Virus record (IMG/VR): IMGVR_UViG_3300030117_001894
Coordinates: 1,915-65,914 of that record
DNA: 64,000 nt
Source: a virus
Lineage: Duplodnaviria > Caudoviricetes
Reading direction: 5' to 3' (one strand)
Notes under the pieces: generated by a model
The model's input: the letters and a program-made list of their open reading frames with translations, nothing else
Told to the model about the DNA's origin: nothing
Databases searched by the model: none
Made by a program: the position numbers and the translations under genes
In this document: positions 1 through 8,991 of the stretch, piece after piece
How positions within the stretch are numbered: position 1 is the first letter of the stretch
How the letters are laid out: each line of letters opens with the position of its first letter

Positions 1-647
1 CGTACAGGTGGTATATAAACTTCTGGTGGTATTGTTCCTGGAGGTCCTTCTCCTCCTCCTGGAATATATCCATCGGGTAAATCTCCTGTTACGGGATCGG
101 TAATTACTACAGGGGTTGTAGGATCTCCTGGAACTAAAACATAATCACCACCAGTTTCAGGATCAACAAAAGGATAGTCTGATACAGGAATATCAACATC
201 GATTACATCATCATTCACTATACCTAATTCAGGAATGTTGAAATTAAAGTCAGGAAAATCAACAACACTTAAATCTGGTTCAGGCGTAGGTGTATTAAAT
301 ACTTCTGTATACGGATTATCAACGAACGTTGGTATATCAGGAATATTTGTTAAATCTACATCTTCAAAACTAAGATCAGGTGAAGTAAAAGGTACATTAA
401 ATAACGTAGGATTAAAATTTGTATAATCGATATTTGGTGCTGTCGGTAACGAAGCTATCCCTTGTTCAGCTTCAGTTGCTTGTATATCTTTAAAATCAGC
501 AACGTCTGCTTCGTATTGATCTGTTGCGTTACCTCTAGCATTGTTCGCTTCTTTACGCATATTCATAACGTCGACAAGTTCAGGATTCATTATTCCTGTC
601 ATATCGAAATCTTCGAATTGGAACATATTGTTATTAAATCTAGCCAT
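1..647 (-). CDS. Partial Pro/Asp-rich protein (MARFNNNMFQFEDFD...), probable internal virion protein; runs off window start
   Basis: ATG at 647-645 overlaps the TAA of the upstream ORF (TAATG); frame read as open to position 1; not in the ORF track. Confidence 0.65.
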   Translation of the reverse strand, partial: MARFNNNMFQFEDFDMTGIMNPELVDVMNMRKEANNARGNATDQYEADVADFKDIQATEAEQGIASLPTAPNIDYTNFNPTLFNVPFTSPDLSFEDVDLTNIPDIPTFVDNPYTEVFNTPTPEPDLSVVDFPDFNFNIPELGIVNDDVIDVDIPVSDYPFVDPETGGDYVLVPGDPTTPVVITDPVTGDLPDGYIPGGGEGPPGTIPPEVYIPPV

Positions 648-3600
648 TAGTTAGTTGTTCCTGCTTCTTCTGTATCGATCTCCTCGTTAGTAGGAAATAA
701 CCAATTCGCTGTATCACTCGCCACACCGCTGATCGTTGCTCCTACTAAAGGAGGAGCCCATAAAGGAGCTGTACTCATACCCCCTCTAAGATTAGCGGGG
801 AGTATTCCTGACTCCGTAGGCGTTGCTGCTGTTCTTAGCCATTCGTCTATTAAATTAGAGTATTCTTGACTACGGAAAGGACTATCAGAGTCTGAAAGAA
901 AAGCAGTATCACTTTCACTTTCACCGTAAAGGGCTCTTAAATCTCTACCTATATCATAAGCATGAACACTGTCTAAAGTGTTAAGAAAACGAACAGCATC
1001 CGTTACGTTTTGTTTTCTATTAAGTTGTTTTGCTACTTTTTCTAACTTTTTTTCATCTAAAATTATTTCACCTAAAAACCTATTAACTTTATCAGCTAAA
1101 GCTCTTTCTCTCCAACCCAGTCTCCAAGTGTAAGGGTTTAAAGGACCAAATAATAACCTACCTAAAACAGGCAATTCTACACCTTTTGCTTGTTTTGCAA
1201 ATAAAGTGGCTCTTGCTCTTTCAGTTCCTATTTCTTCTGCTCTTTTCCAATATTGAACAGCCGCGTTTATTGTTCTTAAATCATCTATTGTTTGTTTTCC
1301 TAAAAACGGTTCATAAAGTTTATCAAAACTTACATTAACTACTTTATCATTTTTACCCATAAGCGGGAAATCTTTTGTTAGTAGTTCATTAAGTTTATCT
1401 GCATCGATAACTTTTCTGCCTCCTTGATACTGCACTATTTGAGCATAGATATCTTGTCTAGCGGCGTGTTGAACGGCTGCTATTAAATCTTTATCTCCAT
1501 TACGCTTTAAAATTTGCATTAATTTCTGTCTTCTACCCACTGCTCCCGAAACATTTTCTAGTCCCCTTCCTCTAATTATATCAAGGATCATTGTTTCAGG
1601 GTCTGCGTTTTTACCAAAAAGTGGAGCAAATTCATCATGTATTTTTTCTAACGTTTCTTCTCTCTTTCTAAGAGTTCTATTAACAAAATTTATAGAACTG
1701 TTCATGTCATCCCACTTAGGTCTAAGTATTTGACCTTCAAATCCTTTTTCAGGAAAAATAGATTTTATTAAACCTCCGTGTTTTTTCATCCATATATCGT
1801 GAGCTTTGGTCATTGCTGCAAAGTCTTTTTTGCCTTCAACAGACATAAAAGGCTCAATTACATCTCGTTTATAGTTCGCACCAATAGCTTTTTGTAATTG
1901 AAGTATTGTTGGTAAACCTTCTGGAACCGCCTCGTCTCTTAACATATGTATTAATGCGTCTGCTACAGGATGATAATCTGTACCTCCCGCCCTACCCGTC
2001 ATTAAAGAATTTATTAATGCTTTTGGGTCGTCTTTTCCACTTTTTATTAATTGTTGAATAAATCGATGATTAGCAACTTCGCTCCTATCTCTAAATTGAT
2101 TTAATGTGTCCCAATAATCTTTACCCCACCCCGTTCGATTCATAAAAGCGTCAACGCCTTCTCCTGCAGGTTTCTTTTGCAACGCTGCTTTTCTTAACAT
2201 AAGGTCCATTTGATTGTCAATCGCACCTATTAAATCTTTAATAGCTGCTGAAGTTGGTTCACTTATTTTACCACCTATAGAATTCTCTAATCCCCATAAC
2301 TTAGTTCTCATCTCGTGCAGTTCACGAAAAGAGACATTAGCTCCTCCAATTTTTCCCTCACCAAAGCCTCTTAACCCTCTAATATTTACTATATCCTCTA
2401 ATACTTCTGCAGTTTTAGGACCGTTAATATTTTCACTTAACCATTTTACAAGCTGTTTATCTTTCCTAAAAATCTCGCCTTTGCCTTTTTTAAACAGTGA
2501 TTGTATTTCTTTTGCGAGGGGAGAAGAAGGAGTAATTTTAACATTTAGTCCTCCGTAAAGATCTTTTAGCTGATTTAACTTCTCGTTTACGGGTTTCATA
2601 TATTGTTTTTGCATTAAAGCAAGACGAGAAATTTGAGGATTTCTCATCATCCCCACTACAGAGTCTGGGTCATCCACCATTTGAAATAAATACTTACTTA
2701 GAGCAACATCTTCGCCAATTTCTCCTGGAAGTTTATTCGAGGCAGGGAGTATTCCAAGAGCTGTAATATCATCAATACCTAATTCTAATAATTCTTTTTC
2801 TCCTTTTTGCCAATTTAACATAGCGTTTTCAAACATATCCCAAGTTCGATCAATTTCGTCTTTTAATTGTTGTTCAATAACACCGCCTCTTTTACCTAAT
2901 TGCTGACCTAAGTCTGCTGCCGCTTTATAAGCTCCTTCTTTGGTTCCCGTATTCATAAGAATATCTTGAACAAACAATAAACGTGATGCGTCATTTTGTA
3001 GAATTTGATTTTCTAACATTTCGAAGGTCATATCTCCTGTTAATCCTTCTTTTCGCATTAAATTCACCATACTTAAAGCAAAATCAGCATCAGGTCCTAG
3101 TGACCCCTCACCTAAAAACATTTTATAATTTTTACCCGTAACTTGTAGAATACGTTTTTTTATTTCAGAGGGCGTTTTTCCTATTAGATCATCTAAGAGA
3201 GCGTTAGCTTCTTTACTTCCTTCTTCTATTCCTGCTGCTTTAAGACCTGCTTGGTAATCGTTTCTTAAATCCATCATTCTTGTTGCAATATAATCAGGAA
3301 CAGGTTTGTTTGTTATAAAATTCCACGCTCCTCGCATACCCGCTAACCCAGCAGTTATTGTTGCGTTACCTGCTGTTGCAAAAGCAGCTAACATCCCTGA
3401 ATCTTTAGCGGCTTGCCAATAATACTCATCAGGGCTCATCATACCTATATCTTTTGTAAAGGCTTCGTAACCAAGGGCTAGTCTAGTAAATTCTCCAAAT
3501 CCTGCTCCACCCCCCATAGCAGCCGCATCGCGTCCCCACTCTATAAATTTTCGTGATGGAGATTTATAAAATCTTTGATAAGGTTTTCGCCATGCTCTAA

Positions 3601-4393
3601 GTATTTTTAATGCTCCCAGTTCTCCAGCAAGAGCAGGAGTTTCTCTTGTTAAAAATTCGGCAAAATCTCCGCCATCTACTCCTGGTGCATTAAAAGGAAA
3701 AGCTTCAACTAAATTACCCTCTTCGTCATATTCACGTCTAATAATAGGTCCTTGCTCTCCTATCGGTCTTCCAGGATATAAATATTCAGCTTCAGGTAAG
3801 CGATAACCAAAATCATCATACTGAACAGGACCGCTAATAATACTTTGAACATCTCTAGCTGATTTGTTCCTAGGCAAAGTAGCGGCTTTAAGTCTTTCCC
3901 ATGTGCCTGTTCCTTCTTCAAAAGTAATTCCTTGTTTAGCTAAATCATGTGCTTTTGAATAAATGTTTACATGATGCCATTCAGGATTTACATACCCTTG
4001 GGTACTAAAAAAAGCGTCCTCTGCCCCCATGATTCTTTTAATTTCATCAGGGTCAGTTGTTGGAACAAAATTTGGATTATTTATATTAGTTTGTAAATAA
4101 TTTTGCCATTCGTTAGTTTCTGTTATTCTAGGTCCAGGTTGAATGGAAATAGGTGGTCGGAGTTTTTTTCTTTCTGTATTTAATAAGTTTTCCATTTCTT
4201 CAGTAAACGTGATCCCTTCTTTTTTAAGATATATTTCATCGTATTTTGCTAAATCTTCTTCAGGCATTTGATCGTACAAAAACAAAAATTTTAATTGTTG
4301 GTCTTTGAATTTGTCTCCTACTAATACATTTGGATTAATAGCCGACGAGATAGGCGTATTTGCGTAGTCCTCTATGGTGTATTTTTCTGCCAT
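647..4393 (-). CDS. Large internal virion (ejection) protein, 1248 aa
   Basis: Long helical, Gly/Ala-patched ORF in the position of podovirus ejection proteins; no catalytic motif recognised. Confidence 0.6.
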   Translation of the reverse strand: MAEKYTIEDYANTPISSAINPNVLVGDKFKDQQLKFLFLYDQMPEEDLAKYDEIYLKKEGITFTEEMENLLNTERKKLRPPISIQPGPRITETNEWQNYLQTNINNPNFVPTTDPDEIKRIMGAEDAFFSTQGYVNPEWHHVNIYSKAHDLAKQGITFEEGTGTWERLKAATLPRNKSARDVQSIISGPVQYDDFGYRLPEAEYLYPGRPIGEQGPIIRREYDEEGNLVEAFPFNAPGVDGGDFAEFLTRETPALAGELGALKILRAWRKPYQRFYKSPSRKFIEWGRDAAAMGGGAGFGEFTRLALGYEAFTKDIGMMSPDEYYWQAAKDSGMLAAFATAGNATITAGLAGMRGAWNFITNKPVPDYIATRMMDLRNDYQAGLKAAGIEEGSKEANALLDDLIGKTPSEIKKRILQVTGKNYKMFLGEGSLGPDADFALSMVNLMRKEGLTGDMTFEMLENQILQNDASRLLFVQDILMNTGTKEGAYKAAADLGQQLGKRGGVIEQQLKDEIDRTWDMFENAMLNWQKGEKELLELGIDDITALGILPASNKLPGEIGEDVALSKYLFQMVDDPDSVVGMMRNPQISRLALMQKQYMKPVNEKLNQLKDLYGGLNVKITPSSPLAKEIQSLFKKGKGEIFRKDKQLVKWLSENINGPKTAEVLEDIVNIRGLRGFGEGKIGGANVSFRELHEMRTKLWGLENSIGGKISEPTSAAIKDLIGAIDNQMDLMLRKAALQKKPAGEGVDAFMNRTGWGKDYWDTLNQFRDRSEVANHRFIQQLIKSGKDDPKALINSLMTGRAGGTDYHPVADALIHMLRDEAVPEGLPTILQLQKAIGANYKRDVIEPFMSVEGKKDFAAMTKAHDIWMKKHGGLIKSIFPEKGFEGQILRPKWDDMNSSINFVNRTLRKREETLEKIHDEFAPLFGKNADPETMILDIIRGRGLENVSGAVGRRQKLMQILKRNGDKDLIAAVQHAARQDIYAQIVQYQGGRKVIDADKLNELLTKDFPLMGKNDKVVNVSFDKLYEPFLGKQTIDDLRTINAAVQYWKRAEEIGTERARATLFAKQAKGVELPVLGRLLFGPLNPYTWRLGWRERALADKVNRFLGEIILDEKKLEKVAKQLNRKQNVTDAVRFLNTLDSVHAYDIGRDLRALYGESESDTAFLSDSDSPFRSQEYSNLIDEWLRTAATPTESGILPANLRGGMSTAPLWAPPLVGATISGVASDTANWLFPTNEEIDTEEAGTTN

Positions 4394-4395
4394 AC

Positions 4396-6141
4396 TTAAC
4401 CTACACCTGACCTACCACGACCACGAGGTCCTGTGGGAACAGGAGGGAATTGAGTTTCTCCAGGACCTGTACTTCCACTACGTATTTGCTCTATCATTTC
4501 GAAGTATTTTTTATAGTAATCGTTTTCCCAATTTAATCCTGGAATCGGATCTCTTTTTACAGCATCTATTCCATGTTCTTTCCTAGCCGCTACTAACGTC
4601 ATTAAATATTGATGATAGGGGTTATTCTCTATTCCTTCTCTAAGCCAAGCCTGTGGAATGCTATATAATTTTTGTGCCCCCGTTTGCTGGTCTATGGTGC
4701 CTGTTAACCATCGTTCTGACCAAGGAGTTGCATCGTTATAGTCTCTTCTATAATCTGCGGCTAAACTATTTTTCTCATGTTCCGACATTTTTATAGAAAG
4801 GGTGTTTAATTGTGAATTATACCAAGTAGTTAAAGCTCGTATTGCTCCTTGGGGATTTCTTGGTCCTTTATTACCCTCTCCAAAAGAAGCTCCTAACTGT
4901 TCTAAGTGTAATGCTAAATCTTTATCTGATAATGTTCTACCTGTCTGTCCATTGGCTGCTGCGGCTAAATAAGCTAAATTAATCATAGCACTTCTAAATT
5001 CAGCATCGTTTCCTGCACTGCCAAACAGTTTTGTAAAATTAAGATCTTTCCTTATCGTTGTCATTGTTCCGTCTGCATTCATTACTTCTTCAGTGTAAGG
5101 AATTGCTTCTACGTTTAAAAAAGCATCAGACACCTTTCCTGTTTTTTGGTCAAGCCAACTTAAATTGTCTCCGTTTTCTATTTTAGGAGAAAATAACCCT
5201 ATTTCTACTCCCGCTGCTTTTAGATTATTACCTAAACGAAGAACAGGACCTAGATACGTTGTAGTTATATCAGCACTTTGCATTATATTTTCTATAAGGT
5301 CATTTATTATAGGAGTTGCCCCTTTAAGCGTTGTAGCTGCTGTTTCTAATTTATCTCTTTCTTCCGTCCAAGTTTTTTTAGAATCTGCACCACTAGCTCT
5401 ATAGCTATCTGGTCTAGGAGGCTCCCCAACAATCCAATTAGGGCTTCTATAATATTCTCCTGGTTTTACTTTTTTACGGGTTCCGTTTTCGTCTATGGTT
5501 ACATCTTCTTTTTTCCCTAAACTTTGGATGTAAAATCCTCCATTAGGTCCTTCTATCGCACTACGAGCGATAGTTGAATCCTCTATGTTGTAGGCAGGGC
5601 TAACGTTTAATGTTTTTGCTAATTGAGCTGTAGTGTAGTCTCCAATAAAATCAGTACGTGCAAGATCGCTTGCACTTCTAATTTTATTTAAAGCACTTGA
5701 AGTTGATGTAAATGCAGAAAGTTCTCTAGGGTCAGTGAAAGCTAAAGCGGGGAGGTTTTCTAATGCCATTCGTCCCCATTTTTTCCAACCTGAAAGTTCT
5801 CGGCTTGGTCCATATAATTTATCCGCTTCATATCGAGCCTCATCTCCTTTTAATATTTCACTTTGAATATCTTCTAGCGAATATGTTTTCTCTACATCAG
5901 TTGGTGTAGGAGCAGGAGCAGGTGCTGGTTCTCCTGGGAAAAAATAGTTACCTAATCCCTGTAATAAAAAAGGTGCAATAGCTGCATAAGGATTAACTTT
6001 AGCAGGAGCTTGAGGAGGAGTTTGTCTACGTGCGGTAGGAAATCTAACAGCCGCAGGAGCTAGTTTTACAGGTGTAATTCCAGGACTTTGCTGTCCACCA
6101 AACTTAGGAAAAGGATTTAAACTAGGTAATCCGTTTGCCAT
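4396..6141 (-). CDS. Internal virion/ejection protein, 581 aa
   Basis: Coupled to its neighbours; Pro-rich N-terminus; synteny. Confidence 0.55.
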   Translation of the reverse strand: MANGLPSLNPFPKFGGQQSPGITPVKLAPAAVRFPTARRQTPPQAPAKVNPYAAIAPFLLQGLGNYFFPGEPAPAPAPTPTDVEKTYSLEDIQSEILKGDEARYEADKLYGPSRELSGWKKWGRMALENLPALAFTDPRELSAFTSTSSALNKIRSASDLARTDFIGDYTTAQLAKTLNVSPAYNIEDSTIARSAIEGPNGGFYIQSLGKKEDVTIDENGTRKKVKPGEYYRSPNWIVGEPPRPDSYRASGADSKKTWTEERDKLETAATTLKGATPIINDLIENIMQSADITTTYLGPVLRLGNNLKAAGVEIGLFSPKIENGDNLSWLDQKTGKVSDAFLNVEAIPYTEEVMNADGTMTTIRKDLNFTKLFGSAGNDAEFRSAMINLAYLAAAANGQTGRTLSDKDLALHLEQLGASFGEGNKGPRNPQGAIRALTTWYNSQLNTLSIKMSEHEKNSLAADYRRDYNDATPWSERWLTGTIDQQTGAQKLYSIPQAWLREGIENNPYHQYLMTLVAARKEHGIDAVKRDPIPGLNWENDYYKKYFEMIEQIRSGSTGPGETQFPPVPTGPRGRGRSGVG

Positions 6142-7289
6142 TATGAATAGTTTCCGTACATTGGATTACCATAAAAACCACCTATACCACCAAATCTAGG
6201 ATCTCCACCGTATTGTGTTCCTGTATTTAATGAAGGAGCATACATTGCATTAGTAGTTGGAGTAGCACCTGCATAACCGTAACCACCTGCCAACGGTCCA
6301 AGAGCCGCGGTAATCGAACCAACGTTTTGTAATGTTTGCATCGGTAAGTTGTATTGACCAACAAAGTTTTGATAACCAAGATCCATTAACGATTGTTGTC
6401 TGCCTCTACCTAATCCACCTAAAGCTAATTGTTGATTAATATCGTTTTGTTGTAATGTTTGTAATGCGGGAGCCATACTACCGTATTGTTGACCTAATTG
6501 ACCAAAGCCTTGAGTAAACTGAGAACCTAACCCTGCTAATCCTTGACCACCTTGTAATCCCATACCGAACATTCCTTGACCTAATTGTCCTTGTAATCCT
6601 GCGAATTGGGCTTGTCTACCTTGTTGTGCTTCGAATGCTTGTTGTGCTCTATTTGCTGCGTCTTGAAAACCACCTGAACGTATACCTGCAATCGCTTCTG
6701 CTACTCCACGTTCTTGTTGCCTAGCTAATTCACTTTGAGCTAACCTACCACGTGACCCACCAAAAGCTCCTTGGGAAACAGCTCTATCTCTAAGAGCCAT
6801 ATCTTGTTGTGCCCCTTGTCGGTCTAAATCTGTAAGTGTTTGTTGAACAACTGCGTCTTCAAAAGGATTATAAAAACTACCTATCCCACGTGGGTCAAAA
6901 GACCTTGTAGCTCCTTGACCTGTAATATTAGCTTGAGAAGTTAAATCCCTACCGCTTCTTAAACCTTGAGATATTTCATCAGCCCCACGTACTGTTCCTG
7001 CTCTAGAAACATCTGCGGCTTCGCTTAATAAATTCGCTTGTTCGCCTAAATAAGGTCTATAACTACCAATAGCCGCGTCTTGCAGATCCATTGCATATCT
7101 TTCTCTAGGATCAAATTGAGCTACTCGTGGACCTGTATAAGTAAACGGACTACTATCAGGTCTCCCCATGTTTTCAAACTGGTCAGTTAAAAACTGTTTT
7201 GCGTAAGGAAAAATACCTGTACGTAAAAAATCGCCTATATAACCCGCGGGGGCTTGACTTGAATATTCTTGTTCTTCTCTAGTTGCCAT
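6141..7289 (-). CDS. Gln/Gly-rich DNA transfer (pilot-like) ejection protein
   Basis: Motifs FYNPFEDAVVQQ and GAFGGSRG are typical of marine podovirus DNA-transfer proteins. Confidence 0.65.
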   Translation of the reverse strand: MATREEQEYSSQAPAGYIGDFLRTGIFPYAKQFLTDQFENMGRPDSSPFTYTGPRVAQFDPRERYAMDLQDAAIGSYRPYLGEQANLLSEAADVSRAGTVRGADEISQGLRSGRDLTSQANITGQGATRSFDPRGIGSFYNPFEDAVVQQTLTDLDRQGAQQDMALRDRAVSQGAFGGSRGRLAQSELARQQERGVAEAIAGIRSGGFQDAANRAQQAFEAQQGRQAQFAGLQGQLGQGMFGMGLQGGQGLAGLGSQFTQGFGQLGQQYGSMAPALQTLQQNDINQQLALGGLGRGRQQSLMDLGYQNFVGQYNLPMQTLQNVGSITAALGPLAGGYGYAGATPTTNAMYAPSLNTGTQYGGDPRFGGIGGFYGNPMYGNYS

Positions 7290-7292
7290 AAA

Positions 7293-8237
7293 TTATCCGT
7301 ATCTTAAATTTCCCATTTTATTAAACGCTTCTAAACGAGCTAAACCTTTAGCATGACTACCATCACCCGCAGCATCAACAGCGGCTTTAGAAAGCATAAA
7401 CTCACCGTTACTTGCCATTACAGGTATAAGGTCATCTTTAGGACCTCCTGGACCTCTCATCTGTCCTCCGTGAGGCATAAACATCGGTCTTTGTAATACT
7501 TTACCTTGATTAGCAAAAGTAACTTTAGAACCACCAATCGGTTGTATATTCATTTGTGCTGATCTTCTACGTGCTGAATTTCCTGGAAGTGTTTGTGTAC
7601 TAACCATACTGCCTTTACGTTTAGGTGGATCAGTCATTAAAGTAGCAAGAACTTTAGTTAATGAACCTACTCCCGCTTCAAATAATTCAGGATCTGTTGC
7701 ATATATATTAGCAAATTTTTGTATTCCTGTTTGTTCTTGTCCTACTTCAGGTATTTGCATATCATCAATCGAAGGTTTTAATTCATTTTGATCCATACTT
7801 ATTTCTAAAGCATCAGGAGAATAAGGATCCATAGTTTCTATTTTAGTGAAATCAATCCCCTCAGGACTTTTTAAATCTTCTATAGATAGCCCTAATATAT
7901 CTAAAATACCACTACCATTAGCCTTATATTGAACAGGTCCACCGTATGCAAGACTAGCTAACCCTTCTAGGTCAACTCCTGATTGTTGTAACATCGCGAT
8001 TAGTTTTTCTTCTTCAGTTAAGTTTTCTGGCTCTGCCATATTTTCAGCTTCGAAATCACCAAAGTCTTCTACCGTAGTACCTTGAACAGGAGTAACTTGA
8101 ATATCTCCTCCAGGTTGTAACGAAGGAGCAGTTCCTCCACCGATAGCAGCTTTAGGATCGTTACGTGTATTACTAGCGTATTTAGTTGCCGCTAACGTAG
8201 TTAAAGCGGGGACAATAATACCCCAAGGTATAGCCAT
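7293..8237 (-). CDS. Virion-associated protein
   Basis: C-terminal GPGGPKDDLIPVMASNGEFMLS matches the G-x-G-x-x-D-x-I-P-A-x-L-S-x-G-E-F motif of tape-measure/internal proteins. Confidence 0.55.
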   Translation of the reverse strand: MAIPWGIIVPALTTLAATKYASNTRNDPKAAIGGGTAPSLQPGGDIQVTPVQGTTVEDFGDFEAENMAEPENLTEEEKLIAMLQQSGVDLEGLASLAYGGPVQYKANGSGILDILGLSIEDLKSPEGIDFTKIETMDPYSPDALEISMDQNELKPSIDDMQIPEVGQEQTGIQKFANIYATDPELFEAGVGSLTKVLATLMTDPPKRKGSMVSTQTLPGNSARRRSAQMNIQPIGGSKVTFANQGKVLQRPMFMPHGGQMRGPGGPKDDLIPVMASNGEFMLSKAAVDAAGDGSHAKGLARLEAFNKMGNLRYG

Positions 8238-8344
8238 TAGAATCGACTCCTAGCTTTTGTTTTCTTGCCTTTAGACGAATAAATTACGAAGTCAGAACGA
8301 CGACCTTTATTCTTTTTGTATGTCTTTTTATCAACTCCAACCAT
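8237..8344 (-). CDS. Small basic protein, 35 aa (MVGVDKKTYKKNKGRRSDFVIYSSKGKKTKARSRF)
   Basis: GAGGA SD upstream; TAATG coupling to the next gene. Confidence 0.55.
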   Translation of the reverse strand: MVGVDKKTYKKNKGRRSDFVIYSSKGKKTKARSRF

Positions 8345-8416
8345 TGTTTCCTCAGCGTTTATAAACGTTTTGCGAGTTATAGCTCACCCCGTAAACTGCA
8401 GCACATGGCTGAATCT

Positions 8417-8428
8417 TTGATTATATAT
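8417..8428 (-). promoter_or_regulatory. Putative late promoter (ATATATAATCAA)
   Basis: One-mismatch variant of the motif at 21148 and 25895; intergenic. Confidence 0.45.
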
Positions 8429-8439
8429 CAAAGAAAGGG

Positions 8440-8622
8440 TTAATGTAAAACCCTTTTATAGTCATCTTCGTTGTGATCAGTGATGATTACGTCAAGCATA
8501 CCGACGACATTTACGTTATATTGTTCCGCAGTTTTCTCTGCGGCTTCAAATGATTCTGCTACAATATTAGGACCTTCGTAAAAACGTCCGTCATGTAGAA
8601 ACTCTGTAATAAAAACTCGCAT
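8440..8622 (-). CDS. Hypothetical protein, 60 aa
   Basis: ORF coupled to upstream gene. Confidence 0.6.
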   Translation of the reverse strand: MRVFITEFLHDGRFYEGPNIVAESFEAAEKTAEQYNVNVVGMLDVIITDHNEDDYKRVLH

Positions 8623-8981
8623 TAGCCGTTTAATGGGTTATCGTCCTTTTTATCTAATTTAGTTTCTACTTTACGTACGTTATCGTCTAAACTTTCTAAA
8701 TCAGCTTTAATCGTAGCTATATCTGTTTTAATTTCAGTAACGTCTGGAACAGCTATACCGTCAATACTTTTTTCTAAAAACTGTACTGATGTTTCGATAG
8801 CCGCAAAACGTTCTTCAATAATCTTTTGAGCGTCTTCGGTATCTCCAATACCACCAATCTTAGCTTCTAAGTTTTCTATTCTGTTAACGTAAGTCGCACC
8901 TGTGTAGCCAAACCCTGCAAGAGTTGAAACAATACCCACAAGAGCTATTATTTGCGTTGTTTTATTTTGAAACCAATCCAT
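8622..8981 (-). CDS. Membrane-anchored coiled-coil protein
   Basis: N-terminal TM segment (IIALVGIVSTLAGFGY) followed by heptad repeats. Confidence 0.65.
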   Translation of the reverse strand: MDWFQNKTTQIIALVGIVSTLAGFGYTGATYVNRIENLEAKIGGIGDTEDAQKIIEERFAAIETSVQFLEKSIDGIAVPDVTEIKTDIATIKADLESLDDNVRKVETKLDKKDDNPLNG

Positions 8982-8991
8982 ATTATTTCTC

